Source of the DNA: an uncultured delta proteobacterium | GTDB taxonomy: Bacteria > Desulfobacterota > Desulfomonilia > UBA1062 | Assembly: GCA_963798485.1 (NCBI GenBank) | Contig: CAWCTR010000014.1 | Coordinates: 1-64,000 of the forward strand | Direction: 5' to 3' | DNA: 64,000 bases | Shown: in pieces, positions 39,088 through 48,547 of the stretch | Layout of the letters: every line of letters starts with the position of its first letter | How positions within the stretch are numbered: position 1 is the first letter of the stretch | Notes under the pieces: generated by a model | Database searches by the model: none | The model's input: the letters and a program-made list of their open reading frames with translations, nothing else | What the model was told of the DNA's origin: nothing | Position numbers and translations under genes: made by a program

Positions 39088-40490
39088 GACAAAATCCCCC
39101 TTACGTGCATGAACTCGCTGATCTTGTCCACACAGTGCTCCCATGATGCGACCCTGTCGTCGAAGGCATCGGCAAAGAGCAGCATGGTCGGCAGGCCTTC
39201 GCGCTCGCAATCGCGCTGGATAAGCTTGTTCGCGCCCCAGCTGTTGCGGCACCCCATGCTCCCTACATAGACAAGGAAGTCGGGCTTCATGATCTTCGAC
39301 ATGAAGAGGAGGTCGTCGCGCCACATTCCTTTCGCGTCATACGGCCCCCTGAGCTGTTTGACCATGGGCATGCGGGAATTGAGATCTGCCAGGGAGTCGA
39401 TCATGGTGTCAAGGGTGGAGGTGTCTATATGGTAGGTCTCGTCTTCGCGGCCCTTTGTATATTCATGGCCCTCGTTCCAGAAGTTGAATATGAGTGTAGG
39501 CAGGAGGCTGATATCCTGGGAATCGACCCATTCCCAGAACCGTGCATCCGTGGTGTAGTGGTCGATGTAGCACATGAGGAGCCGTGCCCGCTCCTTTTTC
39601 GAACCCGTGCCGGCATACCCGTGTGCTGCATTTTCACGTACGACTTTGAGCATGGACTCGAGCACGGCGGTGTATGATTTCCTGCCCGGCATGCTAAGCC
39701 TTCCGGCATAGATGAACAGGGTGAAGATGGGAGGGACCGGGCATGGTCTGAGCCTCATGAGGTCATAGAGTTCGATAGCGAGCTCATCCTGGCGTTTTTG
39801 CTCTTCGAGGAGATCTTTCAGCTTGTCCTCGTTCAGGCGTGACCCCGATTGCTCCTCGATAAAGGAGATGAGGGCCTTGTAGTCCTTGCGGTGATAGTCG
39901 TCGATCCTCTCCCCCGTGAGCTTTGAGGGAAAGTTGAGCTGGAACATGGGGAGGTCGAGGTAGGATGAAAGAAATTGGACCGCATTGCCATTCGTATCGC
40001 AGATGCCGGGAGATCCGCAGATGAGAAAATCGGGCTTCTCGGCAAGGCCTGCCAGGTACGCCCCGAACGACCCGCGCTGGGCAGAGCAGGATGTCTCGGT
40101 GAATCCCACCTCGCAGCAATAGTCCATGTACTCGGCCGTACCCTTCCTCAGTACCAGCGTACCGAATACGGTCATGATCTCCGCCCAGGCGGGCACCACG
40201 TTGTCAAAGGCGAAAAGCAGGTGTTTTGCCGAGACAAAGGTGCCGAGGCACAGCTTCTTCCCCTGATCATGCGCGGTCATGACGTCGGTGAGGTATTCGG
40301 CCGCCATCTTCATGAAGAGCACGCCTGGCTCTCCGTGCCGTAACATCGCGCCCAGGACGTTCTTGAAGTTCGGTATGACCCGTTTCAGGCCTTCATACTC
40401 TTTTTGAGTCCCGTCAAGGGATGCTGCAGCAGCACTGATTGTGGACCAGAGCATCCAGTCGTAGTTATACTCGCGCGTTTCCTTCTTCAT
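39084..40490 (-). CDS. HgdA/BcrB/BzdO-like subunit
   Basis: TSCSAQR, ICD, MGCR, D.FD.R; GAGGAGG RBS before MKKETREY. Confidence 0.85.
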   Translation of the reverse strand: MKKETREYNYDWMLWSTISAAAASLDGTQKEYEGLKRVIPNFKNVLGAMLRHGEPGVLFMKMAAEYLTDVMTAHDQGKKLCLGTFVSAKHLLFAFDNVVPAWAEIMTVFGTLVLRKGTAEYMDYCCEVGFTETSCSAQRGSFGAYLAGLAEKPDFLICGSPGICDTNGNAVQFLSSYLDLPMFQLNFPSKLTGERIDDYHRKDYKALISFIEEQSGSRLNEDKLKDLLEEQKRQDELAIELYDLMRLRPCPVPPIFTLFIYAGRLSMPGRKSYTAVLESMLKVVRENAAHGYAGTGSKKERARLLMCYIDHYTTDARFWEWVDSQDISLLPTLIFNFWNEGHEYTKGREDETYHIDTSTLDTMIDSLADLNSRMPMVKQLRGPYDAKGMWRDDLLFMSKIMKPDFLVYVGSMGCRNSWGANKLIQRDCEREGLPTMLLFADAFDDRVASWEHCVDKISEFMHVRGILS

Positions 40491-40503
40491 ACATGATACC
40501 TCC

Positions 40504-41646
40504 TCAAACTGAGATCCTCTCCATAAAAGCATCAAGGCGCATCATGATCCTGCCCGTCTCCACCAGGGGGCCGTACTCTCTCTCGAGCCGCATGCAGGGG
40601 ATGCCTGCGGCCTCGAGGTCGCGCTCAAGCACACCGTTCTCCGAACCGTGAAGGTCGCAGAAGCGCACGTTCTGAAGGATGACTCCGTCTACCGAGGCCT
40701 TGTTCACGAGGTCCATGATGTAGGAGCGCCGGTCCTTGTAATAGCCGAGCATGCGCGGGCAAATGCTGTTGTTCAGATAATGTGAAGCAAGCGTATGGAC
40801 GGGGTCTGCCTTATCATCCACCAGGTTTGCATAGGTGCGTGACCCGAAGCATACGGTGTCTGCAACGACAATGGCGCCGCCATCCTCGACCAGCCTGATG
40901 AAATCCACATCGTCATTGGCGCTCCCGATAAGCATGAGGCGCTTCTTATGGTCCGATACGGACGGCGCCTTCTCAAGAGAGGCAATGATATCTTCGAGCA
41001 TGGTTCCCCAAACCTCGCGCGGCATGGCATGGCCTGCTATGAGGATTGCCATGGCATCCGATCCCGTGATGGGAACCTCCTCATGGTACCTGAGACCGTC
41101 GAGTTTATTCAAGAGAACCCTGCCCTGGTTGTAGACCTTGATGGATTTTTTCAGTGCCTTGTCCGTGATCTTGACCTTGAAGTGTTTTTCCAGGGTGGCG
41201 ATCATATCCTTGAGCTCTTGTGCGTAAAAATCGATGCTGTAATCCACTGACTTGTGAGGTACCGAGAAGTACTCATAGTATTCCGGCAGGGTGCCCGGGT
41301 AATCTTCGCTCGCCTTTCTCCAGCACTCCTCCAGCCTGCGCATGGAGTCACAGCCGTTACTGATGATGGCGCCGTCTAAAAACGTATACGAACCCTGCCC
41401 TGCGAGCTGAAGCATGCACTTTGGCAGGCTGCAGTTTACCGGACCGAAGTATGAATCACCGATGGAGACTTTCGTGGTGCCGACACCGCGTAATCTGAAG
41501 GGAAGCAGCCCTGCGGCATGAAGGATCTCTTCGGGTATGAAGGTGCACGAGTAACCCACAACCTTGCCCCCGTCCTTCTTCCACTTCTGTATAAATTCAT
41601 TATTCAAGCCCGTTGCAGCACTTTGAAGTTTATCCATCATTTTCAT
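40504..41646 (-). CDS. HgdB/BcrC/BzdN-like subunit
   Basis: WKKDGGKVVGYSCTFIPEEILHAAG, NCSLPK, GCDSMRR, RFCDLH. Confidence 0.9.
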   Translation of the reverse strand: MKMMDKLQSAATGLNNEFIQKWKKDGGKVVGYSCTFIPEEILHAAGLLPFRLRGVGTTKVSIGDSYFGPVNCSLPKCMLQLAGQGSYTFLDGAIISNGCDSMRRLEECWRKASEDYPGTLPEYYEYFSVPHKSVDYSIDFYAQELKDMIATLEKHFKVKITDKALKKSIKVYNQGRVLLNKLDGLRYHEEVPITGSDAMAILIAGHAMPREVWGTMLEDIIASLEKAPSVSDHKKRLMLIGSANDDVDFIRLVEDGGAIVVADTVCFGSRTYANLVDDKADPVHTLASHYLNNSICPRMLGYYKDRRSYIMDLVNKASVDGVILQNVRFCDLHGSENGVLERDLEAAGIPCMRLEREYGPLVETGRIMMRLDAFMERISV

Positions 41647-41649
41647 TTC

Positions 41650-42933
41650 TCACCCCCTGCTGCCTGCGGCCAGGGCTGTCCTTAAAGACTCCATGGCCTG
41701 CTTGTGCTCCGGACTCGCATAGCCCTCATCAGGGCTTATCAGCTCACTTAAGGACTTGATGAAAAGCGGCATCACGGTTGTTGCCAGGGGCTTGATGGCA
41801 GCAACCACATCGGGGACCATCCATTGGACAGTTCTTTTGATCTCTTCGGAATCCAAGGAATCTACTACCCCGCTCAAGGTGTTGCTTACGATGTCCGGCT
41901 TGGCATCATGGATCCTGTTCGCGACCCTGCATGCAGTATTCACGAGGCCGGCTATCTCGTAGGTGTCAAGATCCGACATGCTCTCGGATACAGCCGCCTT
42001 CAGGCCATCAGGGTCGATCTCCTCGATGATGCCTAGTTTGCGGGATTGAGCTTTGATGTCGGAGGTCTTCATTGACCCAAGAGATGCCAGGCAGGATAAG
42101 GTTATTTCGGGATTGTCAGTGAGTGCCTCTGCCATGGCATTTGCTATGGCCCCCCTGTCCTGGGCGAATATGATGCGGATCTTTTTCGCCAGCTCCGGGT
42201 CCATCTCAGGGAGGCAGTCATGGAGAAAGTCAGTGAGGTAGATCTGGAACAGGGGCTTGCCGCCCTTTCCGAGCAGGAGGCTGCCGGTGTGGACCCTGCG
42301 GATGACCTCGCATACGGAATTGATGAGCTTTGCGGTGTCCGCGCCGTTGATACCCTTGATGACGGAGAGCATGATGTCTGCCAGCAGGTCGGGGCCGATT
42401 TTCTTCTCGATGGGGACCAGGATCTCTCGGGAACCTTTTATGAAGGTGTTTATAAGTGGGATGATGGTCGCAACCAGGGTACCCACCTTGGCAGGGTATT
42501 TCCAGAGCTGCTCGTTGAAAGCCTCCAGGGTCTTGATCACGTACGGGTCCGATCCTTCAACCATCTCCCTGATCTCGCCGAAGTCGGTATTCTTCAGGAA
42601 GCTGTGGATGGCATCACCGCGCGTTCCGATGCGACAGGCGGTATCAGCCGCATGGTCGGCATTGACCTTCTTCGCCCATACGGTCAGGAGCCTGCCCACA
42701 TCGGCTGATATACCTTTATTGTTCCCATTTTTGCCCGGCCGCAGGAGTCTTGACACGATCCATTTGGCGCTAGGGGCAATCCTGGCCCTGATACCACCCT
42801 TGTCCGCCCATGAGTTGATAAGGTCTTTAACGAGCTCGGCAAGTAAGGTCTTGGTGCCCGAAGCACGTATGATCTCTGTGATGATCCTGGCAGAGACCTG
42901 TGCAAGTTCATCTTTATTTTCAGTGGTATTCAT
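41650..42933 (-). CDS. All-helical hypothetical protein (paralog of 43717 and 44367)
   Basis: 427-aa ORF within the operon; shares the F.E....D/P...IP.LIN.F......L motif. Confidence 0.7.
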   Translation of the reverse strand: MNTTENKDELAQVSARIITEIIRASGTKTLLAELVKDLINSWADKGGIRARIAPSAKWIVSRLLRPGKNGNNKGISADVGRLLTVWAKKVNADHAADTACRIGTRGDAIHSFLKNTDFGEIREMVEGSDPYVIKTLEAFNEQLWKYPAKVGTLVATIIPLINTFIKGSREILVPIEKKIGPDLLADIMLSVIKGINGADTAKLINSVCEVIRRVHTGSLLLGKGGKPLFQIYLTDFLHDCLPEMDPELAKKIRIIFAQDRGAIANAMAEALTDNPEITLSCLASLGSMKTSDIKAQSRKLGIIEEIDPDGLKAAVSESMSDLDTYEIAGLVNTACRVANRIHDAKPDIVSNTLSGVVDSLDSEEIKRTVQWMVPDVVAAIKPLATTVMPLFIKSLSELISPDEGYASPEHKQAMESLRTALAAGSRG

Positions 42934-42938
42934 CCTTA

Positions 42939-43613
42939 TTAACCTCCCGAGTCATCTATTTCTGATTCAGCTCTCGCCTTTTTCCCTGCTTCAGATAAAT
43001 ACGATTCGAACATGGTGTTGCTGAGCGAAGTGAGCATGCCGATGGCCTCTTCCCGGGTAAATTTCTCCTCCATGAGAAAGCTGTGGCCGAGGTGCATGGC
43101 CATGCCTACCACTGCATAGGCCAGGGTATGGGGATTCACCTTGGCGATGATGCCGATATCCAGCCATACCTGGATGTCATCGGCCAGGTCCTGGGCGATG
43201 TCGCTGTAGTGGCGCCATACATTTCCGTCCAGTTCCTCGTCGATGCCGAAGCTGCCGCGAAGCAGGATGAGGAACTGCTGGCGGTGGCTGTTGATGTAGT
43301 CGAAATAGGCGGTATAAGTCTCATCGAGTTTTGCCAGGCGATCGATGCGATCCCATATGTTCACCGGTTCCCGGAGCTTCTTGATGCGGGCCCTGAAGTC
43401 TTCGAAATTCCGGGAGGTGAGCTGTTCGAACAGGTCTCTCTTGTCCTTGAAGTAATTATAAAAGGTGCCGGCTGACATGCCAGCAGCCTTGACGATGTCC
43501 ATGACCTGGGTGTTGTGGTACCCGTGCTGGCTGAAAAGCTCCTCAGCCGCCTCGATGATCATGTCCTTGGTGTACTGTCGTTTTTTCTCTATAAGACTAG
43601 CCATCTGTTCCAT
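42939..43613 (-). CDS. TetR/AcrR family regulator
   Basis: IIEAAEELF...GYHNT.V.DI..AAGMSAGTFYNYF..K..L. Confidence 0.93.
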   Translation of the reverse strand: MEQMASLIEKKRQYTKDMIIEAAEELFSQHGYHNTQVMDIVKAAGMSAGTFYNYFKDKRDLFEQLTSRNFEDFRARIKKLREPVNIWDRIDRLAKLDETYTAYFDYINSHRQQFLILLRGSFGIDEELDGNVWRHYSDIAQDLADDIQVWLDIGIIAKVNPHTLAYAVVGMAMHLGHSFLMEEKFTREEAIGMLTSLSNTMFESYLSEAGKKARAESEIDDSGG

Positions 43614-43636
43614 TTCCTCGCCGATAATTTAAACTG

Positions 43637-43720
43637 TGTAGGAGCGCCTTCAGGCGCGATAAGCAACGGCCGCAGCTTTAAGCCGTATCTGCTCTCCATC
43701 GCGGCTTAAGCCGCTCCTAC
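43637..43720. repeat. GTAG-type REP doublet
   Basis: TGTAGGAGCGCCTTCAGGCGCGAT ... ATCGCGGCTTAAGCCGCTCCTAC; a related copy is at 49422. Confidence 0.85.
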
Positions 43721-44370
43721 GATTTATTCAATCTTTTGCGAACCCTGCCTTTTACAAGCTGCCATGCCCACGAGATGAGGCGCCACTTCTGGTCAAGGAA
43801 TGCCCCGGCCAGGGTAAGGGAGGCCTTGCTGACCTCCGGGCCGTCGATGTTCCTGAGCACCGAAGCGATGAAGGTGCTGAAGGCCTGCGGATTGTTATGG
43901 GTTACCGCGTTGACGAACCGCGCCAGGGAGTTGATGGCCCCTGCCTTTATCTTGGGGCCTGAAGAGAGGATGAATCCCGCGGCAGCCTGCCTGAGTTCAG
44001 GTGATGCACTCCACAGGGAAGAGAGCAACTCCATCCATCTTTTTCCGCATTGTCTGGCTGCATCCTTGTCGATGTCCTCGGCCAGGCTCATGAGGAACGA
44101 TTTCAGCATCTCGGGGGGATACTTGTCTTTGAGCTGGACGGCGAGCTCAGTGAATGCACTGATCAGGGTATTGATAAGCACGGGCAGGCTGCTGATGAGG
44201 TCGAAGAAGACCTCAGGGTCCTGGCCGAGAAGGGTTTTCACCATCTGACTGCCGGTTTTGGGATCCATCTCGTTCAGGTTCACCCTGAGTATGTCCTTAA
44301 ACAGGGGAGAACGGATGAGCTCTCTCAAGATGCCTGACCTATCCCTGGTGGGTGATTCCCTATGCATCAT
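43717..44370 (-). CDS. Helical hypothetical protein
   Basis: 217 aa; clear similarity to 44367..44798; the stop codon lies within the REP. Confidence 0.7.
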   Translation of the reverse strand: MMHRESPTRDRSGILRELIRSPLFKDILRVNLNEMDPKTGSQMVKTLLGQDPEVFFDLISSLPVLINTLISAFTELAVQLKDKYPPEMLKSFLMSLAEDIDKDAARQCGKRWMELLSSLWSASPELRQAAAGFILSSGPKIKAGAINSLARFVNAVTHNNPQAFSTFIASVLRNIDGPEVSKASLTLAGAFLDQKWRLISWAWQLVKGRVRKRLNKS

Positions 44371-44798
44371 AAACCCCCCTTATCCTGGACAGACTTTCCC
44401 TCCATGGCCCTTAAGGCAACCAGGAAGACAGGTTCCAGATCCTTACCCAGGTCCCTTATTTCCGTGATGAGACGGGCAAGGGTATCCTTGTCTATGTCTT
44501 GAAGGAGCGATTCCACAAAGCCTGCAAGCAAAGGCGGTGGGAACTTCCCTCGCACCTGCACGACGAGCTCCATGCCTGCCTTGATAAAGCAATTCGCGAT
44601 AGCAGGAAGCGCCCCCACCACGGCCAGGGGCACCTCGATATCCGTGCCCAGCAATGTTCGTACGAGCTGTGGGCTGCTGTCCGGATCTATGCTCTTCAGG
44701 AAAAGGCGAAGGCTGTCTTTGAAGGCGGTCTTTGCGAAAAGCTCTTCGAGGACCCTGCTCCTGGATTCGATCAATCCTGTGTTCGTGGTTTCTTCCAT
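44367..44798 (-). CDS. Helical hypothetical protein
   Basis: 143 aa; GAGGTG RBS; paralog of the neighbouring gene. Confidence 0.7.
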   Translation of the reverse strand: MEETTNTGLIESRSRVLEELFAKTAFKDSLRLFLKSIDPDSSPQLVRTLLGTDIEVPLAVVGALPAIANCFIKAGMELVVQVRGKFPPPLLAGFVESLLQDIDKDTLARLITEIRDLGKDLEPVFLVALRAMEGKSVQDKGGL

Positions 44799-44807
44799 GG
44801 CATCACC

Positions 44808-46082
44808 TCACAGGGTTTCACAGTTGAAAAAGTATCTGGCGGCCTCCATCTGGCAGAGCTGCTTGCCGCCCATCCAGAGCTGAACGATCTTCACATCCCG
44901 CCAGTGCTTCTCGATGTCCCAGTCGCGGTCTGCACCATAGTGACCGAGCACGTCCATGGCCTTGCCGAAGCATTCGATGGCCCGGTCGGACACGAAGTCC
45001 TTGATGTTGCGGATCCTTCCCACCACGTCTTCCGAGATCAGCGGCTTGCCATAGGGCTTGTTCCTGCGGTCGCCGATCATGGCCGCCTCATGACCGAGGA
45101 TGCGGCAGATGTCGATGTCGCCGGCAATACGACCGATAATGGCGGCAATGGCATCATTTTCCTTTAAGGGACGATTGTTGTAGGTTCGGGTAGACACAAA
45201 TTCGTACAGTCTTTCATACAGGTTCAGCATGGCGCCGGTAAGGAACGAACAGCTCATGACCTGTCCGAAGGATATGAGCTGGTAAAAGGCCTCGGCGTCT
45301 TTGCCCGGACCGTGTGCCCGGTACCAGCTGGGTACGCGGACATCCTCGAACCATATATCGCCGTTCTTATCCGCAGCCATGCCCGCCTTTTCGTAGGCCC
45401 CGCCCTGGGTAACACCCGGTAAGTCGGCAGGGACAAAGATAAAGGCAAAATCCTTAGGGTCGCTGGAGCCGAGCTTGGTGGTGCATGGAACGCCGAAGAG
45501 CTTCGAGACCCCGCCGGAGTTCGTGGGCCAGAGCTTATGGCCGTTGATCACCCATTCGTCACCATCGAGGCGGGCCGTGGTGCGGATGGTTTTGCCTCCC
45601 AGCAGGCCAAGGTTCTCGATGTCAGCCCCGCCTTGTGGCTCGGTCATGGCATTGGCTGCAAACACGGCCTTCTTTGCATTGCAGAACATGGGTGCAAACT
45701 CGGCTATGAGCCGCTCGTTCTCGTAGGGCTCCACCATGATCACGAGCAGGGGCCAGAAGGTTACGGCCAGTGCCACTGCCATGCCCGTATCCGCCCTTCC
45801 GAGCTCCTCGCAGAGCATGTACCCAACCCGGAAGACATAATCTGACTTTGCCAAGCCCCAACCGCCGTACTCCTGGGGAAAGAGAGATTTTTGAAGACCC
45901 AGGTCGGCCATGAGTTTGTCAAAGGCGGGTTCTATGAAGTGGTGGTCCTTCCAGTCCTCGTCGTATTTGCGGCGCTCGGGCATGACCCATTCATCAATAT
46001 GCTTCCTGATGAGGCGCCTGAAATGCTTGTCGAAGGGGGATATGTATTCCTCGGGGCGTGAAAATTCATCGAAATGGTTCAT
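44808..46082 (-). CDS. Acyl-CoA dehydrogenase family protein
   Basis: EELGRAD, AMTEPQGGAD, WVINGHKLW.TN, I.FEDVRVP, G.YG......EKHWRD.K. Confidence 0.9.
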   Translation of the reverse strand: MNHFDEFSRPEEYISPFDKHFRRLIRKHIDEWVMPERRKYDEDWKDHHFIEPAFDKLMADLGLQKSLFPQEYGGWGLAKSDYVFRVGYMLCEELGRADTGMAVALAVTFWPLLVIMVEPYENERLIAEFAPMFCNAKKAVFAANAMTEPQGGADIENLGLLGGKTIRTTARLDGDEWVINGHKLWPTNSGGVSKLFGVPCTTKLGSSDPKDFAFIFVPADLPGVTQGGAYEKAGMAADKNGDIWFEDVRVPSWYRAHGPGKDAEAFYQLISFGQVMSCSFLTGAMLNLYERLYEFVSTRTYNNRPLKENDAIAAIIGRIAGDIDICRILGHEAAMIGDRRNKPYGKPLISEDVVGRIRNIKDFVSDRAIECFGKAMDVLGHYGADRDWDIEKHWRDVKIVQLWMGGKQLCQMEAARYFFNCETL

Positions 46083-46092
46083 GATTTCCTCC

Positions 46093-47334
46093 CTAGATCT
46101 CAGTGCAGTTGAAAAAGAAACGGGCAGTGTCCATCTTCACCGGGGCCTCGGCGCCGACGCCGCAGAGCACGGACTGTATGGTCTTCACATCCCTCCAGTG
46201 TTTTTCCACGTGCCACTCCTTGGAATATCCTGCAGAGCCCATGAGCTCCAGGCCCCGGTTCATGGCTCGAAGAACGCCCTGTTGCGCCCGGCTCCCGATC
46301 ATCTCGGCAAAGGTGAAGGTCCTTGTTATGTTGCCGCCTGACATTTCTCCAGGCCTGGCAATGATCCGGGCCAGGTCGAAGAGCAGCAACTTGGCGAGCG
46401 CGATCTCCTCTGCCACATCCGCTAGAACAGAGGCACACAGGGGATTTTCCTTCAGGGTGGTGCCGCCCTTGATGACCCGTGTTTCTCCCCAATCATTGAT
46501 CAGCTCAAAGAAGTTCACGGCAGCACCGACGCTCACGCCGCCCAGGAACAGGTTGAGCCAGATATAGAACTCCTCTACGATGCCGTCTTCCTCGATAACG
46601 TTTTCCTTGGGGACCTTAACTTCATGGAAGGTCACATCAGTGTTCACACAGGCATTCAGGCCGGTCGTCAGCAACGGTGAGCCCAGGGTAACCCCTTGTG
46701 CATCCGCCGGGACAAAGGCGATGCAGGGCGTGCCCTTTTTCCCGGCACACACAACACAGAAGAGATCGGCCATGAAGCCTGCAAACAGGGGCCTGAGACT
46801 GGTGCCCATGATGGTATATCCATCCTTTACTGCCTTTGCCTCGGCAAGGATTGCCCTGCCTTTAAATAATGGGTGCGTGGTGCCTGCTATACCGGGCCCG
46901 GCAACGATAGGGCAAGGGGTTCTGATATTACTGCCGGTATACGCACGAGCAATAGCGGTAGCGAGTTTCTTGTTAAGATGGTGTTCCATGGCGATCATGG
47001 CAAAGGCAGTGCAGGTTGCCGCTGAGAGCACACCGAGCGCGGCATCGGCCCTGCCGATCTCGGTAAGGATGGTGAGCATTCCCGCTCCATTGGAAAGGCT
47101 GTTCCATCCGAAACCACCGAGATCCGCAGGTATAACAAGTTTCTGGAGGCCGATGTCGAGGTTAAGCTTCTTCCTTTTTTCTTCGAAGAGCCTGTCGTAG
47201 TTCTCCCTGTACTCCATTCTCTTGGAGATGATCTCTTTATCAGCCCACTGCCTGACAAGGCGGACTACGCTTGCGCTTTCGTCATCAATCACCTGCCCCG
47301 GATACACAAAAAGGTCATCCACATTCCTGCTCAT
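46093..47334 (-). CDS. Acyl-CoA dehydrogenase family protein, degenerate partner subunit
   Basis: EIGRAD, VTFHEVKVP, GSAGYSKEWHVEKHWRD.K present; the TEP FAD-binding motif is absent. Confidence 0.85.
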   Translation of the reverse strand: MSRNVDDLFVYPGQVIDDESASVVRLVRQWADKEIISKRMEYRENYDRLFEEKRKKLNLDIGLQKLVIPADLGGFGWNSLSNGAGMLTILTEIGRADAALGVLSAATCTAFAMIAMEHHLNKKLATAIARAYTGSNIRTPCPIVAGPGIAGTTHPLFKGRAILAEAKAVKDGYTIMGTSLRPLFAGFMADLFCVVCAGKKGTPCIAFVPADAQGVTLGSPLLTTGLNACVNTDVTFHEVKVPKENVIEEDGIVEEFYIWLNLFLGGVSVGAAVNFFELINDWGETRVIKGGTTLKENPLCASVLADVAEEIALAKLLLFDLARIIARPGEMSGGNITRTFTFAEMIGSRAQQGVLRAMNRGLELMGSAGYSKEWHVEKHWRDVKTIQSVLCGVGAEAPVKMDTARFFFNCTEI

Positions 47335-47552
47335 AATTCCTCCACGTAGTGGTGCTGTGATAAGGTAGTATTTCCATGAATGGCTTGCTCATGCAAAAAA
47401 AAGGTGGCAGAACGGTTATGTCCCCGCACAGAATCCTCCCTTAGGCAATCAGATGCCTCTTTCAGATTAATCACAAAAACAGAGAGTTACCTTTCACCCA
47501 TTGGAGCACATGGAAAAAGGCAATCACCAATAATGAAGATTCACTATCCTGA

Positions 47553-47580
47553 ATAGTAATTATCATTACTCGCTTGTCAA
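47553..47580 (-). promoter_or_regulatory. Sigma70 promoter of the catabolic cluster with an overlapping palindrome (candidate TetR operator)
   Basis: Minus strand TTGACA-N16-TACTAT; AGTAAT-TATC-ATTACT inverted repeat at 47555-47570. Confidence 0.55.
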
Positions 47581-47665
47581 GGGAAGCAAAAAATAAATTT
47601 TTCAAGGAATGTGCATTCAGGGGTTAGCCTTGTTCAGAATACAATTCATATCAAGGTGATTATTG

Positions 47666-48349
47666 TTACGTTAAAGAGGCATTGGCGCTCTGTTGCCTTG
47701 TTATTTCCAGGGCCTTCCTGCCCTCTTCGGTGAGATACGCCTCGAACATGGCGAGAACCATCTTTATCAGGTTTTCAATGATTTCTTTGCGCGTGTACTG
47801 CTTTTCAACAAGATAGTTGTGGATAAGCTGGAGACTCATGCCGATAACGGCAGTCCCGAACATCATAGGGTCTATCCCTTCGATGACCCCCATGTTTATC
47901 CACTTCGCCAGATCTTCGCTTGCATCATAGGCGAAACCCTGAAAATATTTCCATACATTTACATCCAGGTCCGTGTCGATGCCGAAACTCCCCCTCAAGA
48001 TCATAAGGAGCTGTTGGGGGTTGTTGTCAACGTAATCAAAGACAGCGTTAAATGTCGCCAGCAGTGTCTTTGCCCTTTCCTCATGATTCCAGATATCAAC
48101 CGGCTCACGCATGAGCTTTACTGTTATCCTGAGGCTCTCGAGACTTTCCATGGTGATCTGCTCGAAGAGGTCTCTCTTGTCTTTGAAATGATTATAGAAT
48201 GTTCCGGCAGACATGCCCACAGCCTTGACAATGTCCATAACCTGGGTGTTATGGTACCCGTATTTGCTGAAAAGCTCGCATGCAGCCTCGATGATCTTTT
48301 CCTTGGTCTCTTCTCTTCTTTTATCTGATGTCTTTGCCATGTTTTCCAA
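47666..48349 (-). CDS. TetR/AcrR family regulator (paralog of 42939)
   Basis: GYHNTQVMDIVKAVGMSAGTFYNHFKDKRDLFEQ; start is TTG 48349 or ATG 48340. Confidence 0.93.
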   Translation of the reverse strand: MENMAKTSDKRREETKEKIIEAACELFSKYGYHNTQVMDIVKAVGMSAGTFYNHFKDKRDLFEQITMESLESLRITVKLMREPVDIWNHEERAKTLLATFNAVFDYVDNNPQQLLMILRGSFGIDTDLDVNVWKYFQGFAYDASEDLAKWINMGVIEGIDPMMFGTAVIGMSLQLIHNYLVEKQYTRKEIIENLIKMVLAMFEAYLTEEGRKALEITRQQSANASLT

Positions 48350-48547
48350 CTAACTCCTTGAAAGGGAAGCATAAATACATTTTATTGCGGAAGAATATGT
48401 CCTAAGGGTCAAGATGTCAAGTCAAATGCTTGTGATGATGTACTCCGTAAGGATATGGACGTCATACTTAATTCATGGTACTCACCTTCGATAGTAATAT
48501 TCAAGCTACTGCAAGCGAAGTCAAAAATTATGTGAGGAAAAAAAGCT

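Noticed and set aside
28195-47258. Numerous plus-strand and alternative-frame ORFs across the catabolic cluster
   Set aside because: They overlap well-supported minus-strand genes in GC-rich DNA and show no motifs.
48417-48426. Short GTCAA repeats upstream of tetR
   Set aside because: Too short to distinguish from chance or overlapping -35 boxes.
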